Positions 17,164 to 23,609 of a DNA stretch of 32,000 nt are shown in pieces (position 1 is the first letter of the stretch; every line of letters begins with the position of its first letter). The notes beneath the pieces were generated by a model. The model was given only the letters and a program-made list of their open reading frames with translations. It searched no databases and was not told the origin of the DNA. The stretch lies in contig NZ_CP125669.1 in the NCBI RefSeq assembly GCF_030053775.1, positions 1,017,962 to 1,049,961 of the forward strand. The letters run 5' to 3'. The position numbers and the translations under genes were made by a program. Source of the DNA: Acinetobacter corruptisaponis (GTDB lineage: Bacteria; Pseudomonadota; Gammaproteobacteria; Pseudomonadales; Moraxellaceae).

Positions 17164-17813
17164 CACAAGCAGAAAGTAAAGCCCCTGTAATTGCCCAGCG
17201 TTTTCGTGGATTCCTACCTGTTGTTGTTGATGTGGAGACAGCAGGTTTTAATGCACAAACCGATGCACTTCTGGAAATCGCATGTATTCCAATTGTCTAT
17301 GATGAACAAGGGCAATTTATTCCTGGACCATCATTCCATGCCCATATCAATCCTTTTGAGGGAGCGAACCTTGACCGCCGTTCTTTAGATTTTATTGGGA
17401 TTGATCCATTTAACCCCATGCGTGTAGCGATGGCAGAAGACGAACGTGGTGCATTAAAACGTATTTTTAAATCATTGAACGAGGTTCGCAAGGCACAGCA
17501 CTGTACCCATGCTGTTTTGGTCGGACACAATGCCCATTTTGATTTAGGTTTCTTGCAGGCGGCAATTGCCCGTACTGGAACAAAGAACCAGAATCCTTTT
17601 CATAGCTTCTCTGTGTTTGATACCGTAACCCTCAGTGCGGTCATGTTTGGTCAGACTGTCTTGGCGCGGGCGTGTATTCAGGCAGGGATTGAGTTTGATG
17701 GTAAGGAGGCACATTCCGCCCTATACGATACCCAAAAGACGGCTGAACTGTTTTGTTATATTTTGAACAAACTATCACCCCATCTTCTTGACACTTTGGT
17801 GACAGAACCCTAA
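17148..17813 (+). CDS. rnt: ribonuclease T
   Basis: [18 protein letters not shown]... and ...[11 protein letters not shown]...AHSALYD are the DEDDh exonuclease motifs in an RNase T arrangement. Confidence 0.9.
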   Translation: MEKSVTQAESKAPVIAQRFRGFLPVVVDVETAGFNAQTDALLEIACIPIVYDEQGQFIPGPSFHAHINPFEGANLDRRSLDFIGIDPFNPMRVAMAEDERGALKRIFKSLNEVRKAQHCTHAVLVGHNAHFDLGFLQAAIARTGTKNQNPFHSFSVFDTVTLSAVMFGQTVLARACIQAGIEFDGKEAHSALYDTQKTAELFCYILNKLSPHLLDTLVTEP

Positions 17814-17832
17814 TATACACCCACCTCAAGAA

Positions 17833-17908
17833 GTCCCTATCGTCTAGAGGCCTAGGACATCGCCCTTTCACGGCGGTAACCGGGGTTCGAATCCCCGTAG
17901 GGACGCCA
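17833..17908 (+). tRNA. tRNA-Glu (anticodon UUC)
   Basis: GTCCCTATCGTCTAGAGGCCTAGGACATCGCCCTTTCACGGCGGTAACCGGGGTTCGAATCCCCGTAGGGACGCCA folds as a cloverleaf. The acceptor stem is GTCCCTA/TAGGGAC, the anticodon loop is CTTTCAC, and CCA is encoded. Confidence 0.93.
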
Positions 17909-18139
17909 TTTTTTCCATAGCTCTGCATTCTTCGTGTCGATTTCTTCCATGACTAAGCAGAGCACATGGTACTTATCATATCCAATAAAGTCAGCCATTT
18001 GCATTACTTGTACTGCATTTGGCTTTTTGCGTCCTGCTTTCCAGTCAGACACATTTGAAGGTGTTACACCTAATTCCCAAGCTAGTTTTTCATAGCTCCC
18101 AAAGCGTACTTTATTCAATTCGATGATGTCTTTGAGCAT
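17852..18139 (-). CDS. XRE/Cro-CI-type HTH repressor of the filamentous prophage (95 aa; last 19 codons incl. stop read antisense through attL/tRNA)
   Basis: A GAGGTGAG Shine-Dalgarno precedes the ATG at 18139. The HTH is SYEKLAWELGVTPSNVSDWKAGRKKP. No stop occurs before 17852. Confidence 0.7.
   Translation of the reverse strand: MLKDIIELNKVRFGSYEKLAWELGVTPSNVSDWKAGRKKPNAVQVMQMADFIGYDKYHVLCLVMEEIDTKNAELWKKWRPYGDSNPGYRRERAMS
17860..17908 (+). repeat. attL core (3' 49 nt of tRNA-Glu)
   Basis: TCGCCCTTTCACGGCGGTAACCGGGGTTCGAATCCCCGTAGGGACGCCA is identical to 26428-26476. Confidence 0.85.
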
Positions 18140-18167
18140 TTTCTCACCTCTTGATTTTTCCCTAATT

Positions 18168-18235
18168 GGGGAAGTATAGTTCTTCCCACATTGTAGAAGA
18201 TTTTTTTTACTCCGTACTTCCCATTTTTGGGAAGT
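18168..18235. promoter_or_regulatory. two palindromic operator candidates upstream of the HTH gene
   Basis: GGGAAG-N7-CTTCCC lies at 18169-18187. A perfect ACTTCCCA-TTTT-TGGGAAGT lies at 18216-18235. A further GGGAAGT half-site at 18753-18759 sits in the divergent promoter region. Confidence 0.45.
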
Positions 18236-18236
18236 T

Positions 18237-18272
18237 GTGTAAAAAGAAAAGGCTTGGCATTAGCCAAGCCTT
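18237..18272 (-). terminator. rho-independent terminator after the DUF2726-like gene
   Basis: Stem AAGGCTTGGC / GCCAAGCCTT (18249-18272) with a 4-nt loop, followed on the minus strand by TTCTTTTTAC. Confidence 0.55.
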
Positions 18273-18278
18273 GGAGGT

Positions 18279-18722
18279 TTAGATGTTGAAGTCAATTCTT
18301 ACTTGTTCCAGATCAGGGGTTCGCTTATATCGAATCACCCTAAAACCTGCTTCTGCAATTAAGGCATCCCTATCTGCATCTTTATCCTCTTTGCCTTTAT
18401 GTGAAGAATCATCCAGTTCAACAATGGCAACAATGTTGAACTGTTTGTCTAACACAACAAAGTCAGCCACTTTTCGATTGAATAGATTACGTGTTGTATA
18501 CCCGCTTGCTGTCATAAATGCACTAAATGCAACTTGTGCCAGAACAATATGTTCAGGCAATGCTTCTCTCAATCTTAAAAATGTTGGCTGTTCGTTCATG
18601 GTGATGATGCGTTTACCCTTGATTGGGTTGCGCTTCCCTCCTTTTTTGCCTTTGTTTGCACCGCCTAAAACCATGCCAACAATTGCGAATATAACGATTA
18701 AAACAATTATCCAAGTCATCAA
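18279..18722 (-). CDS. membrane-anchored DUF2726-type (restriction-endonuclease-like fold) protein (147 aa)
   Basis: An N-terminal TM (WIIVLIVIFAIVGMVLG) is followed by a K/G-rich linker. The C-terminal domain has ...DFVVLD...IVAIVELDDSSH...D pattern, typical of DUF2726 / Vsr-like nuclease folds. Confidence 0.7.
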   Translation of the reverse strand: MMTWIIVLIVIFAIVGMVLGGANKGKKGGKRNPIKGKRIITMNEQPTFLRLREALPEHIVLAQVAFSAFMTASGYTTRNLFNRKVADFVVLDKQFNIVAIVELDDSSHKGKEDKDADRDALIAEAGFRVIRYKRTPDLEQVRIDFNI

Positions 18723-18790
18723 AACCTCCCCATATCAAAAGACACATTGTAAGGGAAGTTTTTATAGAAATGTAAACAAGGGGCTAAGTC

Positions 18791-18946
18791 ATGACTGAAC
18801 ACTTTCCTATTTCAGATCGGCTGTTTCGTCTAGGCCTAATTAATTTTTATAGATCAAAAGGTCAAGCGCTTTGCAATTTACATTGTTCGCATGTCGCTGC
18901 TTATTACTTTCATTTAGATGATTTGCACATGAGGGCTAAGTCATGA
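18791..18946 (+). CDS. possible small protein (51 aa), first of a translationally coupled chain leading to rep
   Basis: The ATG is preceded by AAGGGGCTAAGTC. The stop overlaps the next ATG (ATGA). It falls below the ORF-track cut-off. Confidence 0.35.
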   Translation: MTEHFPISDRLFRLGLINFYRSKGQALCNLHCSHVAAYYFHLDDLHMRAKS

Positions 18947-19215
18947 ATGAAGCAAAAATGAATCAAGAGCTTACATTTAAAACAAGATCAGATTTCATAC
19001 AAGCTGCTTTTGATCAGGTGGCTAAAATCGTTTCTGACCATGCCCAGCCATGTCTTGAAGCCCTCACCCCTGCCATTTCTGCCGAAAAATGTCTGTTCCA
19101 TCTTGCTGCTGTTGCACAGGATTGGTCATACGATGCAACCAAAATTGATGCCTATGCATGTCTCTACAAGCAATCAAATTCTGAATTGATTGAGGCATTT
19201 GGAGATGATCAATGA
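18943..19215 (+). CDS. hypothetical protein (90 aa)
   Basis: ORF with a GAGGGCTAAGTC leader and ATGA overlaps at both ends. No family recognised. Confidence 0.55.
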   Translation: MNEAKMNQELTFKTRSDFIQAAFDQVAKIVSDHAQPCLEALTPAISAEKCLFHLAAVAQDWSYDATKIDAYACLYKQSNSELIEAFGDDQ

Positions 19216-19382
19216 AATCGTCTCTTGAGTTATCAAAACAACTTCATGAAATCATTAATTTAGATTTGAGATATTTAACTCTTGAGGGTTCTGAATTTAT
19301 CGATCGTTCTACGATTCGGATGATTGAAAAAAAATTACTACTTGTAATTGCTGAATTAGAAAAAGATGGGGAAGTTCAATGA
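19212..19382 (+). CDS. possible small protein (56 aa)
   Basis: ATGA overlaps link it to both the 90-aa ORF and rep. It looks predicted-helical with a charged C-terminus. Confidence 0.45.
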   Translation: MKSSLELSKQLHEIINLDLRYLTLEGSEFIDRSTIRMIEKKLLLVIAELEKDGEVQ

Positions 19383-20878
19383 ATGCTTTGATGGCTCAAA
19401 TATTAGAGTTGGATAACTCTGCCCTTTCCTTGGTTGAAATCTTTGATCGTCAAAAATCTATTTTTGATGATATTCATGCTCATTCTGCATTTGGTGATAT
19501 TTCACTTGCTGACGGTCAAACACTTAAAAACCTGCTCGATGGCATTGTTAAAAACAAGCTTGCTGCTTTTGACTCAAAACCAGAAAAACGACCTAAAGCT
19601 GCTGAAACATCTATTCAGGAAATATTTGTACAAAAAATCGCCAAACATGCGCAAAACACGCAGGATAGCACCCCTTTTTATAATATAGGGGTAGCGGATA
19701 GTAGCTATTCTCAAGACTTTAGCATTCCATCGTCCGAATCTTATGCTTTTCCAAGAAACTTGGATAACTACAAATTAATTTCCACTCCGCAGGGCGTTGT
19801 GCCCGTCCTCCGTGCTGTCCCAGTGGACAATTCGATTTGTGGTCTTGACTGGGTCACATTTAGCTTTTGTCAAAGTACCTTTGGCGATAAATATGTTGGT
19901 CTGCAACCTGAGCAGGTTGAAGCGTCTGTTGGTGACGCGATTGAAACATGGCTTGATCAATTACTCTTTGAAATATTCGGTTTCGGCATTGCCCGTAAAC
20001 GTGAAAAAGGAATGCATTTCAACAAGTATGGCTATGATTTACAGGACAATTTAGGTCTGATTTTATACGGTCATAATAATAAGCGGATTACTGTTCAGAT
20101 TAACGGTACAGGCTGTGCCCTTGCTCGCAAGGGTTGGAATGAACAACTTTATAAGTTCTTAAAATTACAGGCGAAATCCCCAAAATTAAACCGTGTAGAC
20201 ATTGCCTTTGATGACTTTGAAAGCGAATGGGTTTCTGTGGATCAAGCCTATGAATGGGATACCCAAAACCTGTTTTGGTGCGGTGGTCGTAATTCGGAAA
20301 TTAACTGCTTAGGTGACTGGAAGCGAATTAACGGCAAGGGCCGTACCATGACAATTGGCAACCGTTCAAGCTCTAAATTTCTCCGTTTTTATGAACGGGG
20401 TAAAAAGGAAGGTGATTCCTTAAGCCTGTGGACACGGGCTGAACTCGAGTTGAAGTCGGTGGACCGTTACTTGCCGTTGGATATCCTACTTTCCCCCTGT
20501 ACGTATTTTAAGGGTGCATACCCTGCTCTTGAGATTCTTGCGAATCAGCTTAATGACTTCGTTGCACCTGAAAAATGCGAACTCATTGAGAAGCAAGCCA
20601 ATATTAATGTGGACAAGGCTTTAGAGATTCTCAAGCATCAATTTGGGAAATATATTCGTCAATTCCGCAAATTTATCAACGATGCAGATTTATTAAATCT
20701 GATCTCTTCAGACAAGGACGTTGTACCAAAACGTCTTAATTTTTCTCATGTTGCCGTTATGCAAGCTTTGCGAATCGGTGAACCAATCAAAAACAAAACG
20801 ATTACTGACACGCCTTTGTTTGAGGGTGTGCCACTACTCAACTATTCAGCATATCAGGAGTTTATCCATGCAATTTAA
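19379..20878 (+). CDS. rolling-circle replication initiator, Rep_trans / RstA-like
   Basis: The motifs LNRVDIAFDDFE, TMTIGNRSSSKFLRFYERGKKEG and WTRAELELK fit the Rep_trans family used by CTXphi-like inoviruses. Confidence 0.85.
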   Translation: MNALMAQILELDNSALSLVEIFDRQKSIFDDIHAHSAFGDISLADGQTLKNLLDGIVKNKLAAFDSKPEKRPKAAETSIQEIFVQKIAKHAQNTQDSTPFYNIGVADSSYSQDFSIPSSESYAFPRNLDNYKLISTPQGVVPVLRAVPVDNSICGLDWVTFSFCQSTFGDKYVGLQPEQVEASVGDAIETWLDQLLFEIFGFGIARKREKGMHFNKYGYDLQDNLGLILYGHNNKRITVQINGTGCALARKGWNEQLYKFLKLQAKSPKLNRVDIAFDDFESEWVSVDQAYEWDTQNLFWCGGRNSEINCLGDWKRINGKGRTMTIGNRSSSKFLRFYERGKKEGDSLSLWTRAELELKSVDRYLPLDILLSPCTYFKGAYPALEILANQLNDFVAPEKCELIEKQANINVDKALEILKHQFGKYIRQFRKFINDADLLNLISSDKDVVPKRLNFSHVAVMQALRIGEPIKNKTITDTPLFEGVPLLNYSAYQEFIHAI

Positions 20879-21185
20879 ATCAACGATGGTTGTACTTGGG
20901 GCTAAGTCATCAAAAGGTGAATTTCAGGGCCGTCCATATGATTCAACACAGGTTTTCTATAAAGCCGATCTTCAAGAGGGCGATAACTTCGTTGGTGAAG
21001 TTGGCGAATCAATCAAGTGGGGCACGTCTGCCAATTTTCAGAAAATCAAGGATTGTGAATTTCCTCTTATAGCTGACGTGGTTATGGAACAAGTATCGAA
21101 CGGCAAAACATCTGCTCTGGTGCTTCTTGACCTTGTTCCACAAAAGTCGGCTTCAACGTCTTCTATGGCTCCGAAAACTGCTTAG
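20868..21185 (+). CDS. putative ssDNA-binding protein (gene V position, 105 aa)
   Basis: An internal ATG with a CAGGAG Shine-Dalgarno (20855-20860) overlaps the rep 3' end. Size and position match inovirus gV. No sequence motif was verified. Confidence 0.5.
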   Translation: MQFKSTMVVLGAKSSKGEFQGRPYDSTQVFYKADLQEGDNFVGEVGESIKWGTSANFQKIKDCEFPLIADVVMEQVSNGKTSALVLLDLVPQKSASTSSMAPKTA

Positions 21186-21193
21186 GCTATTTT

Positions 21194-21301
21194 ATGAAAT
21201 ACGTATTTATGAACGGTGATAACCAAGCCGAATGTCCTAAATGTGGATCGTATTTTCATTACCAGTTTTTAAAAATCCATTTGCCACGTTGCAATGGTTA
21301 A
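21194..21301 (+). CDS. possible 35-aa C2HC zinc-ribbon micro-protein
   Basis: The pattern is CPKC...H...C. The Shine-Dalgarno is weak (AGG). It occupies the gVII position but is not hydrophobic. Confidence 0.25.
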   Translation: MKYVFMNGDNQAECPKCGSYFHYQFLKIHLPRCNG

Positions 21302-21310
21302 GGAATAAAC

Positions 21311-21487
21311 ATGGCTTACCAATGTGCTGCAATCGATCAGAACAATCAATGTCTCGAATGGGTACAGGTAGGCTTTTTGGGATTGCCCGATATAACTTCG
21401 ACTCAAGCGGGGCAACTCTGTGTCGCTATAGCACTTGTGCTTATTGCTGCATGGGGCGTTAAAAAAATTGGGTCATTACTTAAATAA
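21311..21487 (+). CDS. small membrane protein, minor-coat position (58 aa)
   Basis: An AAGGA Shine-Dalgarno lies 6 nt upstream. A C-terminal TM (LCVAIALVLIAAWGV) is followed by the basic tail KKIGSLLK. Confidence 0.5.
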   Translation: MAYQCAAIDQNNQCLEWVQVGFLGLPDITSTQAGQLCVAIALVLIAAWGVKKIGSLLK

Positions 21488-21497
21488 GGAGATTCTC

Positions 21498-21740
21498 ATG
21501 AATCTAAAAAACGTTGAAGTGATGGAAAACACTCAAAAAACCAAAACCAGTCGTTTCTTACCTGTTGCCACTGGTGTGGGTGTAATGGTTCTGGCAAGTG
21601 CTGCACGTGCTGAAATTGATACGGCTCCAATCGTTTCTGAGATTTCAGGACTAGCTGCTCCAATTGCTGCTATTGGTGCTGCAATTTTGCTGATTTTGGT
21701 TGGTATCAAAGGCTGGAAGCTTATTCGTCGAGCGATGTAA
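21498..21740 (+). CDS. major coat protein precursor (pVIII-like, 80 aa)
   Basis: An AAGGAG Shine-Dalgarno precedes the ATG. The signal peptide ends ...ASAARA/EID. The mature ~42 aa have an acidic N-terminus, a hydrophobic core and a basic C-terminus (KGWKLIRRAM). Confidence 0.75.
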   Translation: MNLKNVEVMENTQKTKTSRFLPVATGVGVMVLASAARAEIDTAPIVSEISGLAAPIAAIGAAILLILVGIKGWKLIRRAM

Positions 21741-21759
21741 TTCGGTTAATAGCGTTCAC

Positions 21760-21790
21760 AAAAGGACGTTTAAAAAGCGTCCTTTTTAAA
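21760..21790 (+). terminator. rho-independent terminator after the major coat gene
   Basis: AAAAGGACG (21760-21768) pairs with CGTCCTTTT (21778-21786) and runs into a T-tract. The position is the same as the Ff terminator after gVIII. Confidence 0.6.
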
Positions 21791-21797
21791 TTTAAAC

Positions 21798-23270
21798 ATG
21801 GGGAAAAGTAATGTCATGGCTAATCGTAATAATATTTGTACTCGCTTTATTAATTATGCTGCGGTCTTGATACTGCTTTGCTTTTCATCTTTATCATTTG
21901 CTTATACTGGTGGCGGTGGACAATTTGGTGGCGGTGGTGCATCTGGAAGCTGGGAAGAACCTGATTCTTGTCCACCTCAATATAAATGGACTTTCGGTAA
22001 TTTTACTAACGATGATCCTGAAGCTCTATGTCGCCAAATTGCTTCTACTGACTGGATTTATCACGGTACTAATGTTTCTGATAGCTATTCTTATTGTGTT
22101 CTTGAGCAGCCTCCTGCTTACGGTCGTCAAAATTTTCAGATTTTTAAGAGTCCAAACTCTGCATATGATCCGAACTGTAATGATAAATGCCCTGCTGGTT
22201 ATGAAAAAATTAATGGTAAATGTCAACCAAAGAAATGTCCTGTAGGTCAAGTTCTTGTAAATGGACAATGTAAACAGAAACAATGTCCTATCGGTCAGAT
22301 GCTTGATAAAAATGGAATATGTGCTGCTGCGGATGATGATAAATGTCCTGCTGGTCAAACTAAAGTTAATGGCCGTTGTATAACTCCACCACCTGATCAG
22401 CCCGATGATCCTGATTCTGAATGGCCTCCATTTTGTGAATGGGCTTCAATTATGTGTCAATGGCATGAAGAATGGCAGCAATGGTCAAATGACTATGCAG
22501 CAAATGAAGAAAAAGCCAATTTAGATCGAGAGGAATTAAAGAGAATAGGCTTGGATTCAAAAGAGAATCTGGATGACATAAAAGAAAAGATAGATTTAAC
22601 AAACGATAGAATCGAAAACGCGAACATTAACAATCTCCAGTTCTATGAAGATGTTCGTGAGTTTTTAAGAAATTATGACAGTTCAACTGAACCAACCGAC
22701 CAGTTTCCTGAACTGCCTGTTTTCTGCGACTGGGCGAACATTGTCTGTGAGTGGTACATAGACTGGAAAGTTGCAAACATAGAACATCAGCAGCTCATGA
22801 ACGATCAGATCACTAACGACATTGATCTTGCTGCTCAGAAAATGCAACAAGATCAAGAATTCTATGCAGTCATGGATAAGGCTGCATCTAACGTGGTTGG
22901 CAATCAAGAAAAAGATTTAGATCAGAATAAAGATTTCTTTGACAAGATTTTAGAATTTATTGATTGGTATAAAGATCAGTCAAATACAAGTGATCCATCT
23001 GATCCTAATAATCCATCTAATGAAGATGGCAATGTCTCTGTAGATCAGGAACAAATTCCACTTAATGAAAGTCAAAGAATCCAGTTTGTGAATGGCTGCC
23101 CTGCTGATGAACAATTTACAGTCAACTTTATGGGGCAATCCCAAAATCTAGGATTTTCATATCAGCCTCTTTGTCAATTTATGTCAATGATTCGCCCTTT
23201 CGTTATTGCAATTGCTTATCTAATTGGAGCTTACATTTTGATGGGCTTGAGTCGTGGGAGTTCTGAATAA
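21798..23270 (+). CDS. pIII-like adsorption / minor coat protein (490 aa)
   Basis: It has a signal peptide, a Gly-rich linker (GGGGQFGGGGASGS), Cys-rich repeats and a C-terminal membrane anchor (VIAIAYLIGAYILMGL). It occupies the gIII position. Confidence 0.7.
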   Translation: MGKSNVMANRNNICTRFINYAAVLILLCFSSLSFAYTGGGGQFGGGGASGSWEEPDSCPPQYKWTFGNFTNDDPEALCRQIASTDWIYHGTNVSDSYSYCVLEQPPAYGRQNFQIFKSPNSAYDPNCNDKCPAGYEKINGKCQPKKCPVGQVLVNGQCKQKQCPIGQMLDKNGICAAADDDKCPAGQTKVNGRCITPPPDQPDDPDSEWPPFCEWASIMCQWHEEWQQWSNDYAANEEKANLDREELKRIGLDSKENLDDIKEKIDLTNDRIENANINNLQFYEDVREFLRNYDSSTEPTDQFPELPVFCDWANIVCEWYIDWKVANIEHQQLMNDQITNDIDLAAQKMQQDQEFYAVMDKAASNVVGNQEKDLDQNKDFFDKILEFIDWYKDQSNTSDPSDPNNPSNEDGNVSVDQEQIPLNESQRIQFVNGCPADEQFTVNFMGQSQNLGFSYQPLCQFMSMIRPFVIAIAYLIGAYILMGLSRGSSE

Positions 23271-23554
23271 TGTTGAAAGTACTGTGGTGGTTGTTAGGTC
23301 TCTTGCTCGGTAGTGCATTAAAGCGAATTTTAATCGGTGCTGGTTTGGCCTTGCTTTCAAGTCAGATGATTCAAACTTTAATTGATACATATATCAACAA
23401 AGCACTATCAGGAATGAGCTTTGCTGGCTCATCAGCAATTATGTTTTTAGGTCTTTCGGGTGCGGATGTCGCTATATCAATTTTGATTGGTGCATTGATG
23501 GCACGTGCATTTATTGAAGCAAGCAAAATAGGTCTAAGAAAAATAACCGCCTGA
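23270..23554 (+). CDS. pVI-like minor coat / membrane protein (94 aa)
   Basis: The TAATG junction links it to gIII. It has three hydrophobic segments and sits in the gVI position. Confidence 0.6.
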   Translation: MLKVLWWLLGLLLGSALKRILIGAGLALLSSQMIQTLIDTYINKALSGMSFAGSSAIMFLGLSGADVAISILIGALMARAFIEASKIGLRKITA

Positions 23555-23599
23555 GCCGTTTGCCGTTCCCCAGAACGGACATAACGGCTCAGGCGGTTG
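23546..23599. promoter_or_regulatory. 54-nt GC-rich compound hairpin between the pVI-like and zot-like genes
   Basis: A perfect 16-bp inverted repeat AACCGCCTGAGCCGTT / AACGGCTCAGGCGGTT encloses a second stem CCGTTC / GAACGG. It ends 2 nt before the GGAG Shine-Dalgarno (23602-23605) of the zot-like gene. Confidence 0.5.
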
Positions 23600-23609
23600 G
23601 AGTTGATTT

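Noticed and set aside
18283-18798. 171-aa plus-strand ORF covering the DUF2726-like gene
   Set aside because: It is an exact antisense shadow of a gene with a clear domain pattern, Shine-Dalgarno and terminator. Its translation is Ser/Leu/Cys-rich low complexity with no start context.
20721-20867. Upstream 49 codons of the 154-aa ORF (gV-position gene)
   Set aside because: This part lies inside the rep coding region in another frame. The internal ATG at 20868 has a CAGGAG Shine-Dalgarno and gives a gV-size product.
21898-22358. Alternative-frame ORFs (115 aa plus strand, 110 aa minus strand) within the pIII-like gene, and 22683..22907 on the minus strand
   Set aside because: They overlap a gene with signal peptide, linker, repeats and membrane anchor. 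Their translations are Leu/Ile/Val-rich artefacts of AT-rich sequence.
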